Positions 13,806-31,141 of a stretch of DNA of 64,000 bases are shown here, piece by piece. Under the pieces are notes generated by a model. That model was given only the letters and a program-made list of their open reading frames with translations. It did not search any database and was not told the DNA's origin. The stretch is from Octopus vulgaris (lineage: Eukaryota). The position numbers and the translations under genes are program-made. The stretch is taken from assembly GCA_951406725.2 (NCBI GenBank), contig OX597832.1, forward strand, positions 27,590,001-27,654,000. Direction: 5' to 3'. Every line of letters starts with the position of its first letter. The stretch's first letter is position 1.

Positions 13806-14605
13806 AATCCCAGCAATGGTTGAGAAGCTCAGGACTCAAAGCAGAAACAGAGGGATTTTTAATTGCAGCACAAGACCAAAGCCTCCCCACCAGAAATTAC
13901 CAAAAACATGTAATGAAAAGAAATATTACAAGTAACTGCAGAATATGTGGAGATGGACAAGAAACAATAAATCATATTATCTCTAGCTGCCCAGTCCTGG
14001 CTAAGAAGGAATATATTCACAGACATGACAGAGTTGGAACCTACATACATTGGAAGCTATGCCAACATTATGGAATAACAACAGAAAAAAGATGGTATAG
14101 GCACACACCAGAAAAGGTCACAGAAAACGAGAAAGCAACCATACTCTGGGATATGCCGATACACACAGATAGAGAAATTAAGGCCAACAGACCAGATATA
14201 GTTGTCAGAGATCATGAAGAAAAAAATGCTTTTTAATTGATGTATCAATACCGGCAGATGACAACGTGTCTCTAAAAGAAATGGAGAAACTCTCAAAATA
14301 CAAAGACCTGGAAATAGAGGTAACTAGAATGTGGAATCTGAAAACAGAAACAATTCCTATCATAGTAGGTGCATTAGGCATGATAAAAAAATATTCAGAC
14401 AAATACATAACAAAAACACCAGGACTTACAAACACATATAACATACAGAAAATTGCACTACTAGGCACTGCCCACATCCTACGCAGAACACTTTCCATAC
14501 AATAACCATCAGAGCATCACAACAAATCACAGCACATACCCAAGGCACACAGAGCTGCGCTCGGTAGTGAAGTGAAAGCACGCTATAAAAATAAAAATAA
14601 AACTA

Positions 14606-14608
<3 letters not shown>
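13806..14608 (+). mobile_element. 5'-truncated Dong/R4-clade non-LTR retrotransposon (CCHC knuckle plus restriction-like endonuclease)
   Basis: ETEGFLIAAQDQ, CRICGDGQETINHIISSC, RHD, NRPDIVV..CFLIDVSIP, KEMEKLSKYKDL, PIIVGALG. One frameshift in the A-run near 14225; stop at 14505; (TAA)n on both flanks. Confidence 0.92.
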
Positions 14609-14669
<61 letters not shown>

Positions 14670-14675
14670 GTAGTA

Positions 14676-14711
<36 letters not shown>

Positions 14712-14780
14712 GTAGTAGTAATAATAATAATAATAATAATAATAATACCAATAATAATAGTAATAATAATAATAGTAGTA

Positions 14781-14837
<57 letters not shown>

Positions 14838-14843
14838 GTAGTA

Positions 14844-14933
<90 letters not shown>

Positions 14934-15119
14934 TGTAACAACAACAATAGTTTATTTTATAGCAACAAGGCAACAAAAATGATGATGATGATGATGACGA
15001 CGACGACGATGATGATGATAATGATGATGATGATGATGATGATAATGATGATGATGATTGTGGTGATGATGACGACGACGACGATGATGATGATGATGAT
15101 GATGATGACGATGATGATA

Positions 15120-15150
<31 letters not shown>

Positions 15151-15225
15151 CGACGACGACGACGACGACGACGACGATGATGATGATAGTGATGATGATG
15201 ACGATGACGATGATGATGACGATGA
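14608..15225. repeat. (AAT)n then (GAT/GAC)n microsatellites
   Basis: Direct observation. Confidence 0.95.
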
Positions 15226-15501
15226 TGGCGATTGCTTAATACTAAAAACGATGCCGACGACGAGGATGAGGCTGATAATCAAAGCGATATCTTCAATGGG
15301 AAACAATTGCACGTTTGAGCTTCCATTTCCCAGGGATTTCAACAAGAATGGTGCCGAGATGGGACTTCAAAGGACCACTTCAAACGGACGGAGAATTCTT
15401 TCATCCGGGTTATTGGATTACTGAAATTTGCGGAATAGAATTTTGGATACACGGATATATATGTATACACTAGGTAACAATGCGTATATATGTGAGCGTG
15501 T

Positions 15502-15556
<55 letters not shown>

Positions 15557-15654
15557 TGTGGAAATATATCTACAATTATATAAGTACATATAAATAAATA
15601 CACACATACACACATATATACATAATATTATATTATATTATATATTATACATAC

Positions 15655-15692
<38 letters not shown>

Positions 15693-16172
15693 GCTTATAT
15701 GTTTGTATAGCTATATACACGTATGTCTCAGTGTGGTGTTAACAATCTTTTATTGTTCAATAAATACATACATAGAGATACACACACACGCAAACATATA
15801 TACATGTATGCATATCTATGTTTATATACATACATATATATGTATGTACATAAACATATACATATATATGAGTAAACATATATATATATATATATATATG
15901 CGTGTGTATGTGTGTATGTGTGTGTGTTTGTGTGTATATATACACACGTGTATACATAAAAACAATTTGAGTCCTTTCTTGTATGAATGGTCTTCCTAAT
16001 CTCTTGATTACGATAGCCACATCACAACATATATATATATACACTGTATATATATATATATACATATATATATATACATATATATACGTATATATATACA
16101 TACTTATGTATGTATATATATATATATATATATACATACGTATGTATGTATATATATATATACACTTGTATG

Positions 16173-16224
<52 letters not shown>

Positions 16225-16699
16225 CATACGTATGTATGTATATATATATATATATACACTTGTATGTATATGTATATGTATATATATATATATGCATATT
16301 TAGAGAGAATGATAAAAAGTACGTTTATTCATAAGTACGTTTATGTATGCATGTATATGTGTATGTGTGTATGTATGTATGTGTATGTACGTGTATGTCC
16401 ATCTATGTGATTCCATGTGCGTGTATGTGCGTGTATGTCTGTCTGTGTATTTGTGTGCGTGCGTGTTTGTGTGTTTGTGTGTGTTTGTGTGTGTATGTGT
16501 GCGTGTGTGTGTCTGTATGTGTCTGTGTCGGTGTATGTGTGTGCGTGTGATTTGGTGATGTGAAATAAAATCAGATTTCGTTTCAAGACATTCATAATTT
16601 CAAAGAATTACTGACGCAGACGAAATATTATATTGTGGAACTATTGTGGAACCATTGTGGAATTTGTTGTGGTAAATGCGGATATACTGTGGCATGTCT

Positions 16700-16890
16700 T
16701 TTATCTTTTATTTGTCTCATTCATTGGACTGCGACCATGCTGGAGCAACACACCTTCAAGGGTTTTGTCCAAAAACTCGACCTCAGGGCTCATGTTTCCT
16801 TTTTAGTTTGCCAGACCGCTAGGTTACTGGAACGTAAAAGAACCAACAGCGGTTTTCAATCACTGGTAGAGGCAAACACAAACAGAACGA
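16700..16890 (-). mobile_element. SINE family A, degenerate 3' half
   Basis: gactgcgaccatgctggagca... matches the reverse of the family A tail. Confidence 0.7.
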
Positions 16891-17066
16891 TACTCACCAT
16901 GTGCGTGTGTGTGTGTATATATATATATGTGTGTGTGTGTATACACATATATATATACATATTTATGATGCATATAGATATACATACACACTTGTGTATA
17001 TACATATATATAGATATAGATATTATACATGTATACATGGATACGTATATATATATATATAAAGAG

Positions 17067-17133
<67 letters not shown>

Positions 17134-17144
17134 TACATACATAC

Positions 17145-17210
<66 letters not shown>

Positions 17211-17883
17211 GTCATCTCTTTTTTAATAAAACAAATGACATTCTTTCTCACAATATTTCGCGCTTAAAAGATCTTATTCAATATGAAACAAGGCAACAAG
17301 GACAAACATCAAATAACATTAGCGATCCGTTCCGTTTCATTCTAATCAGAATGGAGCGCTTGCGAAGAAACAATATATAGGAAGATTTATATTCGCTCGT
17401 CGAAGGTTTATCTCTTCGTCTTCGCAGACCAGAATATATTTCTGTAAAGTTTACCCAATTCCCCCTAAGGAGTTTTGAGTTTTATTACCAGCAGAAATGA
17501 AGCACTCTGTGAATGGAAATATCCGAAAAATTCTTCCCCGTTTATTCCAGTTGATTTCTCGGCCATCTTGGTGGCAGACTGTCAAATCTGTTTTCTTGGC
17601 GTTGAGGCGTTCTGGGTGTGATTTGAGGGAGATTCAGCTTCTGTTTCTAGCAGATCGTGAAAATGGGTCGCGGTTCCCTCATTACTTACAATAACGGACG
17701 ATTCGTCAGCTGAGGAACGAAACCGGATCGACTACTTGGAATGAGAATTTTCTGTATTTATTTATATTAAAAAAAATTTTTGTAGTAGTGATGGTGAAGA
17801 AGAAGAAGAAGAAGAAGAAGAAGAAGAAGAAGAAGAAGAAGAAGAAGAAGAAGAAGAAGAAGAAGAAGAAGAAGAAGAAGAAC

Positions 17884-17934
<51 letters not shown>

Positions 17935-18201
17935 TAGAAGTGTCACGCGACTATTTTTTTTTTATGTTTTCCTCATCTCACAGACACATCACTATCATCA
18001 TCATCATCATCATCATCGTCAAGCGTAATCAGAATACTTTTACATGTTGAAGCACAACAATTACATTCATCTCTCTTTCACCTTCTACACACACACGCAC
18101 ACACACACACAAACACACAAACACTCAAAGCTATTTGTATGTATATATATATATGTGCATATACCTGCCTATCTATTTATGCATGTATGCATCTATCTAT
18201 C

Positions 18202-18232
<31 letters not shown>

Positions 18233-18288
18233 CTATCTATCCATCTACCTATCTATCTACCTACCAATCTATCTATCTAGCTAGCTAG

Positions 18289-18350
<62 letters not shown>

Positions 18351-18363
18351 GTCTATCTATTTG

Positions 18364-18466
<103 letters not shown>

Positions 18467-18749
18467 CTGTCTGTCTATCTATCTGTCTGTTTGTCTATCT
18501 ATCTGTCTATCGATCTGTCTCTCTATCTTTCTATCTATTTATCTATCTATCTATATATCTATCTGTCTGTCTGTCTGTCTATCTATCCATCTATCTGTCT
18601 GTTTGTCTATCTAATCTCTCTATCTATCTATCTGTCAACTGCCTAACTTTCTCTTTGTCAACTTATTTACCTCTCTGTATATCTCAATGGAATGAAGCGA
18701 AGAGAACGGAGAGAGACTTATTACTCTCTCCCTCTCTCCCTTTCTTTAC

Positions 18750-18791
<42 letters not shown>

Positions 18792-20039
18792 ACTTAAGTG
18801 TATGTGTGTGTACGCGTGGAGAGAGAGAGTAACGGATTGAGGATGTAATAACACTGTCACACACACACATACACTCACACACTCACACACACACATTCAC
18901 TCACACACACACACTCACACACACACACGCACACCCAAACATCGAGAGACAATCAGACCATCAGCAGCAACCGGGTGAATATCCTCCTCTACTGTCACAT
19001 ATCGGTTATGTAGTAAGTCTTCTGCACATCGGTCGGCCTTTCTCTCATCACACTACCCGACACCTGTTCGCTATACCACTATTCCGATATTCTATTTTTA
19101 TACACGTTGTTATTCCTCCCTCCCTCCATCCCTCCCTCCATCCCTCCCTCCCTCCATCCTTCCTTCTCTCTCTCTCTTTCCCATGGCTAATCTCTCTTCC
19201 GTCCTCCTCTTCTCTCTTTCAGTTTTCTCCCTTACTCTTCTTCTTTCTCTCCTATCTTCTCTCATTTGTTCATGTCGACTGTTTTCCTTCTCTCTTTTCT
19301 CCTTCTTCCTATCATTTTCTTTGTCTCTTTTCCTCACCACCATCCTCTTCTTTTTCTCCTCCTCCTCTCTATTATCTCTTTACCTTCGACTTTTGCTCTC
19401 TCTCTCCTTCCTTCATATAACCAACATATTTCCCTCTATTCTATCTAATTCCGTTTTCTATCTTCTTAGTTCTTCCTTCAAACATTCTCCGTCTCCTGTC
19501 GACTTATATAAATTCTCATTCTCTTCTCTTCCTATATTCGCTACATTCTCCTCTCTTTTTCTCATTCATATTCTATATCAATTTTCTACCACTAAATTCT
19601 ATATTTCCTCTCTTCTTTCTCCTCTTCAAGTCGACACAATTAACTTGTGTCCCTCCTCTACAGCATACAATATACAAACCATTGTATCCCACCATGTCTT
19701 ATACAAATCATGGATGTATTTTCTTCCTTTCAATGTCCCCCACCTCAAAAATGTCCACCACCGTTTTTACTCTCTCTCTCTCTCTCTCACTTGTACATTG
19801 TCCACTATTGTATTTTACTTCATCTTTTCTCCCCTCTATCGTCTGCTTATATTTCTCTTCTTTTATCGTCTGCCTTCTTTCGTCACAATAACTAAAAACA
19901 GACAAGTCTTATTTATATTTTATTGTAAAGCTGTTCGCCAGTTTGAAAGCAATCACATCTTCTGTCACTTTTACCATCAATTTTCTTTTCGTTTGGTTTA
20001 TTTTTTTCTTCCATCTCTCGAAATTTGTTACAACCAAAA

Positions 20040-20800
20040 ATGTCACAGCACAGGTCAGAAAACATTCCTCAGACAGCCACAAGTACCCCGAGTTGTTTAA
20101 TAAAAAGCAACATTAATTTCAGCTACAGCTGTAGGTGAAACATCTTTCGTCATAATAATGATTAAACTCCGATGGCCTATCAGAAATAATATTTAGACAG
20201 CCGAATGTAATTTCAGGACTAAGACCTCTCGGCTTAACAGCAAATGTCTAAACAAAATAATTATTATCTACGAAGGGAAGTTAGTATCCTCAGTGAGTAG
20301 CGTACATGAAAAACATGTTCCATCAGACGACTTTAAAACCTGTTTCTCAAACATATGTCGACCATCAAAAATGAAGAGAGAACACCAGTCATTTCTAGAT
20401 ATGCATAACCATAGAAAGACTGTTGTGCTCACAACTAGATAGAAAACATAGCATGCCATACGGAAGCGAAGCAAGGCAACAATAGGCTGTAGACGAATAT
20501 AAAATATTCTACAAAAATGATGCGTTAAATAAAAGATCGGAGATAATGTCAAAGTGCCGCCACAAGAAGAAATTCTGAGACCAAATTACAAGGTAAAAAT
20601 TTAACCCGAATCTAAACGAAAAAGTGCTTCCGTTGACTAACCGGAATGTAATAAAGTAGCCCACTCACAACACTGAAGGCTAACAGTAACTCCGCTGGCA
20701 GTTTTTAAAACCCTACTCTTTTATATCACATCTCATGGCCACCACTTCGGCACGAAATTCGAAATAGTGAAATAGAGCTCAACTCTAACAATAAATATTA
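20040..20800 (+). mobile_element. Degenerate Penelope-like element, GIY-YIG region and 3' end
   Basis: HKYPELFN(K)..NINFSYSC, NSKCL, DFKTCFSN and LNKRSEIMSKCRHKKKF (typical PLE C-terminus). Confidence 0.8.
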
Positions 20801-20887
20801 TACGTTTGTGTTTGTGTATGTATGCATTTGTGCGTGTATCTAACAAATATATATATATATGGAGAGAGAGAGTGTGTGTTTTATACC

Positions 20888-20928
<41 letters not shown>

Positions 20929-21296
20929 AAATATGCAAATACAAACTCTCTCTCCCTCACACACACACACACGTTCCCTCTACGAAGGAATTTCAAATTC
21001 CTACAAGTTTATGCAACATATCTCTTCCTTATTGGATACCCAATTCATCATCTCTCTCATTACCACTCCATCTTGCCCTCTCATTATTTCTCTCTCTCTC
21101 CTCACTTACTTTCTCTCTCACTTTCTCTCTCACTTTCTCTCTTTCGTTTTCTTTCATTTTTCGCCAACATCCTTGTGTGTGTGTGTCTGTGTGTGTACAT
21201 AACCATCCGTATTTTACTGTTTTCTTCAAATCTTATTCATTTTTTCTTCTTTTCTTCATTATCATCATCGTCATCATTATCATCATCATCATCATT

Positions 21297-21339
<43 letters not shown>

Positions 21340-21428
21340 CCATCTTCATCATTTTCCTTTTTTCTTTTCTTCATTTTCTTCTATTATCACCATAATTAAT
21401 GTTGTTGTTATTATTATTATCATCATCA

Positions 21429-21520
<92 letters not shown>

Positions 21521-21538
21521 CATTATTATTATTATTAT

Positions 21539-21585
<47 letters not shown>

Positions 21586-21737
21586 ACAATTTCTCTTTCT
21601 CTCCCTCTCTCTTCTGTCTGTGCCCCTTACTTTCGCTTTCCGTCGCCATCTTTCTATATATAACCATATGCCTTGCCATCGTCCCTGCTATCATCATCAT
21701 CAACATCATCATCACAGCAACCAACACCATCATCATC

Positions 21738-21788
<51 letters not shown>

Positions 21789-21881
21789 GTGATTATCATC
21801 AAAACCATCATCATCATCATCATCATCATTTTTGTTGCTCTTGCTACAATTATCTCTCTATCTTCACTCTCTCACTCTTCT

Positions 21882-21917
<36 letters not shown>

Positions 21918-22217
21918 AGTCTTCCTGCCTGTCAAAACTATGACTCACATCCCAAAATGCCTTCGAGATCCCAAAGCTATCTAACACCCTATTATCTCTA
22001 GATATACCATTTGATATAAACTAACTCGTTTTAAAAGTTACCACACACAAACACACACACATACACGCACACACACACACACTTTACACACAGTTAAAGA
22101 CGGTTCTACAATATACCTTATCCTTATATTTATTTTTCCCTTTTTCTTTCTTTGTTGTTATTGTTGTTGTTGTTGTTGCTCTCACATTTATGGGCATATA
22201 CTGTATGCAGGTACACA

Positions 22218-22254
<37 letters not shown>

Positions 22255-22745
22255 AATATGTATTTAAATATTTATTTTATGTACATGCGTATGTATATAT
22301 ATATATATGATAAAATATAAATAAATGTATAAATAATATGTAATATTTACATATCTATATATATATATATATATATGTATATGGGTGTACACACGTATAT
22401 ATACTCGTATATGCATACAAATATATATATATATATACAACATTTGACTCTACCTCTGGTATTCGAGTACTATTTTTTCCACCTTGTTTCGCATTTATGT
22501 GCTTACATATATGTAATATATATATACATATATATATATATATGTATATTTATGTATGTATGTATGTATATACGTATATATATATGTCTATATATATATA
22601 TATATATACATATAAATGAATATACATTATACGTGCACATATATACGTATACATATACATACGTATCTACGTGTAAGCGTGTAAGTGTGTATACATATAT
22701 GCGTATTCCCCCACAAACACACACTCACAAACTCATTTACACACA

Positions 22746-22786
<41 letters not shown>

Positions 22787-23072
22787 GCACACGCACACAC
22801 ACATATGCATACAATATAACTCATTTCTAATTTTTCTCGTTCAAAAGTCTAAACGAAAGAATATTTTTAAGAAAAAAGAAAAGCCATTTGATAAATAAAT
22901 ATTAATTAGATGTGATAAATAGATAAATAAATAAACGCACAGACGACCGCCATTTTGGGTGCAGAACCATCGGAACTAGTTTCGTAAGATCTCTCTCTCT
23001 CTGGAGGTAACAATGCAAGCATTTAACTTCACTATGCAACATTTAGTCTTCTTTCTCACATCAACCCCATCA

Positions 23073-23128
<56 letters not shown>

Positions 23129-23218
23129 TCTCTTTCTTATCCATCTATCTTCCTGTGTGTCTGTCTGTCTGTTTACCTAGATAGTTATCAATCTATTTAG
23201 ATATCTATCTTTCTGTTA

Positions 23219-23264
<46 letters not shown>

Positions 23265-23309
23265 ATGTATGTATATAACTATGTATGTCTAGCCAGTTAT
23301 TCCTCTCTC

Positions 23310-23341
<32 letters not shown>

Positions 23342-23433
23342 CCTACCTATCTATCTACCTATCTACCTCTCTGTCCCTCTCTATCTATTTATCTGTCTAT
23401 CTATATATCTATCTGCCTCTGTCTCGCTGTCTT

Positions 23434-23500
<67 letters not shown>

Positions 23501-23573
23501 AATCTATTTATCTATCTACCTATCTACCTCCCCGTCCCTATCTATCTATCTATCTATCTGCCTATTCTCCCTG

Positions 23574-23618
<45 letters not shown>

Positions 23619-24357
23619 CATCCATCCATCCATCATCTATCTATCTATCTATCTATCTATCTTCTTTTCATCTCACTTCCGGTATATTACGGCTGCCATT
23701 TTGTTTAGCAGTTTTATATAAACGAGTTTTATTACCTTATTTTGTAAACTCGTTAAAATATTTCTGATGCCGGTCATGCAGTGGTGCAACTGATAAGCTA
23801 TGCGAGTTGTTGTTGTTCTTTTTCTTCATTCTGTTGCTGTTGTTGTTGTTCTTACTCATCCCGTTGCCGTTTTGGCTGTTTTGGCTGTTTTTGCAAGTGA
23901 GGATTACCCTGGGAATTTGTCAAAAGATGGGTGATTGTAACGAAAATGGATAAAGCGAGTGAAACTACACAAAATATGAGCTTATAGACTGGAGAACAAC
24001 AGCTAAGCAAGGGTTTGTGCCTTAAGAGACAGAAGGATCTTGTATCAGTGGGGTTTCTTGCCTGGGCCATGCTGGAGTCTTTCCTGTATTAAGATGATTG
24101 CTTCTTCTAAGTATTAACATATTCTCTACATTATTTATGCCATTCCTCTCAGGCCTCCGCCTCCTTTTCCTTTCTTGACTCTCCCCATATTTTTTCTAAT
24201 TTAATACCTCCCCCCCACACACACACACACACGCATGCACGAATTGTAACTCATCCTTATAACAGTTCCCTCATCAGATATCCACAAGCTTTCAGTAATC
24301 TTTCAAGTCCTGAAAACTCTGCTCATAAAGCGTGATCCATCATCATCATTACTACTG

Positions 24358-24423
<66 letters not shown>

Positions 24424-24514
24424 ATAATAATAATAATAATAATAATACTAATACTAATACTACTACTACCACTACCACTACTAGTATCATCACTACATCT
24501 ACCATTACTACTAT

Positions 24515-24552
<38 letters not shown>

Positions 24553-24663
24553 ATGATAATAATAATAATAATAATGATGACGATGATGATGATGAGGATG
24601 AGGATCATGATCATGATAATAATAATAATAATAACAATGATAATAATGATAATAATAATAATG

Positions 24664-24715
<52 letters not shown>

Positions 24716-24744
24716 GAAGAAGAAGAAGAAGAAGAAGCAGAATG

Positions 24745-24836
<92 letters not shown>

Positions 24837-24867
24837 AAGAAGAAGAAGAAGAAGAAGAAGAAGAATG

Positions 24868-24931
<64 letters not shown>

Positions 24932-25074
24932 AAAAACAATAATATGAATACAGTTTTCCATAATATTTTTGTTGCCCTTTTTTTGTCCGTATTGGGGTAG
25001 ATCATGGATGTAACTTGAAAATCGAAGATTTTTTGCAAGAGAATGGTACAAGGGGAATAGGGTAGAACTTGGTG

Positions 25075-25139
<65 letters not shown>

Positions 25140-25187
25140 AGAGCGAGAGATGCATGCATGCATGCATACATACATACATACATACAT

Positions 25188-25258
<71 letters not shown>

Positions 25259-25259
25259 C

Positions 25260-25290
<31 letters not shown>

Positions 25291-26809
25291 CATACACACA
25301 CATGCATACATACATACATATACACATACATACATACATACATACATACATACATACATGCATACATACATACATGCATGCATGCATGCATACATACATA
25401 CATACATACATACATACATACATACATACATACATACATACATACATACATGCATGCATACATACATACATATACATACACACACATACATACATACATA
25501 CATACATACATACATACATACGTTCATACATACATACATACATACACACATTGATGAGGATAGAAATCGATACGTAAACACGTTAATGGAAGAGATGAAA
25601 TATATAAAAAAAAATGGAGCCTTAATGATTCATTTCTCAAACAGGCATCCATTATAAGTGGAGGCCATTTTCGAAATGAGCTTCGCATAAAACCACCATT
25701 CAGTGTTACAGGGGCCACGTGGGATCAGATTTTGGCGATGGTGGGGATGAGCTGCGGCCCATTGCTCTCCAATACCATCTTTCGTTTCTCCTGCATGACA
25801 AAACATATACAGCACACGGAAAACAATAACAAAAGAACATGGATTTCTTATTCAAAATGTCCATCAATGTAATCTGTTTTGTTACTGCGGTTGTATTTCA
25901 ACGTTTACTTGTTGCTTGTTTGTTTGTCTGATTGTTTGTTTAGTGCATTCTATTTTGTTGTTGTTTATAATTTTGTTTGATTCTCTGCTGCGGTCTGAAA
26001 TTTATAAAGATCTGCTAGAGTAGCGAATTGTGTATTAGTGCTTTCAAAATGGCCCCCATTATAGCTGAATGCCATAAAACGAGCGTTCGATGATATTTCG
26101 GCGGCCATTTTAGGTCAGCGATCAGATTGGTGGTGTTTAGTCGAATGAAGAATTACGAATCGTTACAATAAAATTAAGTCAATTTAGTTGAATGCTGGTG
26201 TAAGACGAACAATGGACCAGATCTGAATGAAGTATGTACCTCCGCAACAATCTCAGGGCTCGCTTTTTCAATCACATACATTAACACATCAGCACTTTAA
26301 ACTTGCATATACATACATACGCATAAGCACACATACACACACACACACACACACACATGTTAAATATATGCACACAATGTAAATGCATTTGTATATATGT
26401 GCCTCCGACTTTGTATGTATATATATACTCACATACACATGCACATGCACACCTACATACATACATACATACATATATACATACACATATATACAAACAT
26501 ATATACACACGTACACAGCTCAATGAAAGCCAGTAGGCTGAAACTTCGAAGTCGCTATCAAAACTCTCCTTCTGAAAGTATGATAAATATGTATTCTACA
26601 AAAAAAGTATCGATTAATCCACTTTCATGTATAATTGTTTCATTATAACTCAATGTAAAACAGACATTAATTTGTGTGTGTGTGTGTGTGTGTGTGTATA
26701 AAAATGCATATATATTCATGCAAAGTACATGTGTGTGCGTGTATGTGTGTATATATATGCATATGTGTATATATACGCGTTTGTGTTTGTGTACTGAACG
26801 CATTCTCAA

Positions 26810-26884
<75 letters not shown>

Positions 26885-27166
26885 TATGCATGTGAGTATG
26901 TATGTAAGTATGGATGGATGGATGGATGGATGAGTATGTATGTATATATATGTGTGTGTGTGTTGTGTGAGTGTTTGTGTGCGTCTGTGTGTATAAATGC
27001 ATATGTGCATGTATGTATAACATGTACAAACACGACTAGTGTGATTAAAATTTACTCATTCACCTCATGTCCTTTAGAGCGGTTTTGAAACTATAAGTAA
27101 CATGAACACACTGTGTTCTATAGTTTTATACATACATATCTATATCTATATCTATATCTATATCTA

Positions 27167-27245
<79 letters not shown>

Positions 27246-27292
27246 CATATATACATACATACATACATATATGTATATATATATATATATTC

Positions 27293-27329
<37 letters not shown>

Positions 27330-27460
27330 AATGCATGTATGTATGTATATATATAATATATATACACATATAAAACATGTAGATACATACATATACATGT
27401 GTGTATATGCTTGTGCGTCCCTGGTTATATTTTATATATATGTATATATGCATAGATATG

Positions 27461-27496
<36 letters not shown>

Positions 27497-27638
27497 GGAT
27501 AGATAGATATAGATATATGAAAACATATATATGTATATATATGTGCAGATATATATAAAGTATATATATATACAAATTATGTATATTTATATATATATAT
27601 GTGTGTGTGTATATAAACGTATAAGCATATATGAATGC

Positions 27639-27674
<36 letters not shown>

Positions 27675-28253
27675 CAATATGTATGTACATATGCATATAT
27701 TATGTGTGTATGTAATCATTTGTGTATTTAACGACTTAGCTGTCAGTCAAGCTGTCTGTATGGCGGTATCTGTACCTGCCTACCAACGTAACTATCTTGG
27801 TATGGAATCTCTCCTAGGAAGTCTTAATAACATCCGTTTCTTTCACAACATTAGACTAAGAGTGGCCTGGTGGTGGTGGTGGTGGTGGTGGTGGTGAGTG
27901 GCTGGAGGAGGAAGACGAAGAGAAAAGGAGGAGGTGGTCGTTTTTCTACTCTCTCCGACCGCCATTAATACGACCGCGATTCTCTTTCAATATCTAGCAA
28001 TTATATATGATGTATGTATATTATGTGTGTCTGTGTGTCAGTGTGTGTGTGTGTGTATGTGTACCATGTACCTGTGTGTGCGTCTGTGAATGTGTGTGCA
28101 CGAGTGGCTGTTTGTTTTGTATGTGGTGTTACATAAAATCTTCTGTTACGTTCGGACAACAAAGACAGGCGGTGGACTTCGAACGCCATGTTCGACGCAC
28201 GCGCGCATATACACACGCACACACGCACGCACACACACATTCACACACACACA

Positions 28254-28288
<35 letters not shown>

Positions 28289-28377
28289 GTATGAATCTTT
28301 GCATGTACGCATAAATACGAATAAGTATATATATGTTCTCTGTGTGTCACAAATGATGTCCTATCAAAACAGATAAA

Positions 28378-28441
<64 letters not shown>

Positions 28442-28543
28442 ATGCGTTTGCGTATGTATAAGTATGTATGTTTGTATGACGTAGGTCAGTGCGTATATAT
28501 GTATATATATATATATATATGTGCATGCATAAGCATATATATG

Positions 28544-28586
<43 letters not shown>

Positions 28587-28786
28587 GGGTATGTACGTGT
28601 CTGGTTTATATATATATATATGTGTGTGTAGTAGGTATGTATGTGCCTGGTTGTGTATATATATATATATTATATATATACATATATGTGCATATATATA
28701 TATACGTATATATATATGTGCATATTTCTATATATATGTGCAAATATATATATATATATATATATGCATATATATACATACATACA

Positions 28787-28817
<31 letters not shown>

Positions 28818-29149
28818 GCCTAGCGACATTTCCATAATTAAGACCAGAGAAGAAAGAATTGAATCATATGAAATAATAAAACAAACAAAGAAGGCGATGG
28901 CCGTACATTAACTCTTCTGTGTGGAGGTCTGTTAATCGCTTCAAGCGTGTGCGCATGCGCGAGCATATGTATATACATTCATATGTGCATACATACCCAT
29001 ATATATATACATATATATATATGTATATATGTATATATATATGTATATATGTACGTATATATAGATATATGTGTGTGTTTGTGTGTATGTATATATATAT
29101 ATGTATATATGTATATATGTTTATATATATATATACATATATATATATG

Positions 29150-29180
<31 letters not shown>

Positions 29181-29226
29181 TTATTTATTTATTTAATTAT
29201 ATGTATATATGTTTATATATATATAC

Positions 29227-29257
<31 letters not shown>

Positions 29258-29335
29258 TATAATTAAATAAATAAATAAATATATATATATATATTTATTT
29301 ATTTATTTATATGTATATATGTATGTATCTGTATG

Positions 29336-29369
<34 letters not shown>

Positions 29370-29610
29370 TGTATATATATATACATATATATATATGTGT
29401 GTGTGTGTGTCTGTGTGTGTGTGCATTTATATCTCTGCATATATGTGTATGTGTACATTATATATCTTTATGTGCACCTACATACACACACACACATACA
29501 TACGTGCATACATACATACCTACATACATACATACCTACATACATACATACATACATAAATACATACATACATACATGCATACATACATGCATACATACA
29601 TACATACATA

Positions 29611-29658
<48 letters not shown>

Positions 29659-29965
29659 GATATATACAGAGGATAAATATTCTTATTAAATCTAACGGAG
29701 TTATTCGATAAACGATCAATTCTCGAGCTGTGTCAGACCGTTCGCTTAATTTCAATCAAATTGGCCTAAAATTCCGAATCTATTTAGAATAATTTCCATT
29801 GAGATGTGCAATTTATGATGACATCGTAGTCTGGTCAGAGGTTGTCAACACTTAGCTTCACCATTCCCCATCTTAATCTCCCTCTCTCTCCCTCTCTCCA
29901 TCTCGCATTTCTTGGTTTTCTCTTTCATATACACTTATACATACACACACACATGCACACATCTA

Positions 29966-30029
<64 letters not shown>

Positions 30030-30142
30030 TACGTATATACACGTATACGTATGAATATGTATAAAGTTCTCTTCTCCCGCCTCTCTCCTTTCTCTTCCAT
30101 ATATACATATCTGTGTACGTATGCAAACATATGTATATACGC

Positions 30143-30208
<66 letters not shown>

Positions 30209-30338
30209 GCAGTTATGTATACATATACATACATTTAAATACGTGTGTAGTGTTATTCGCAATTTACCATCTATATATATATATATATATGTATATATAT
30301 GTGTGTGTGTGTGTGTTTGTATATATATAATTCTAAGT

Positions 30339-30370
<32 letters not shown>

Positions 30371-30411
30371 CGTATATATATGTATATATATATATATGTA
30401 TACATATATAT

Positions 30412-30506
<95 letters not shown>

Positions 30507-30609
30507 ATATTGATATTCCCTTCGCCCTCTGCTTCTTACGTTCTGCGTCTCTTAATTCCTCCTTTTGTTCAACAAATCTTTTGACCACATACATATTTGC
30601 TCTCTAGGT

Positions 30610-30667
<58 letters not shown>

Positions 30668-30854
30668 CTCTCCCTATTTCTATATATCTCTCTACCTACC
30701 TCTCTTTGTCATAATGCTGCTGTTTTTCCTTCTACGATCTCTCTTATTCCACCACCACCCCTTATTTTCCTCTTTCTCTTTCACTAGCCATTCTATCATT
30801 CCCTCTCAATTCTATCCCACCAATACTTCTATTTCCTCTGTCCGTCAAGATTTT

Positions 30855-30909
<55 letters not shown>

Positions 30910-30993
30910 TTTTTATCTATTTATCCACCTATCTGTTTATCTTACAATCTCATAAGCTTTTCTCCCCTTTTTCTCCATATTTTTATATATACA

Positions 30994-31091
<98 letters not shown>

Positions 31092-31092
31092 G

Positions 31093-31141
<49 letters not shown>

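Noticed and set aside
19183-20100. 305-aa hydrophobic ORF resembling a multi-pass membrane protein
   Set aside because: CT-rich low-complexity DNA yields S/L/F codons, and the end runs into a PLE remnant.
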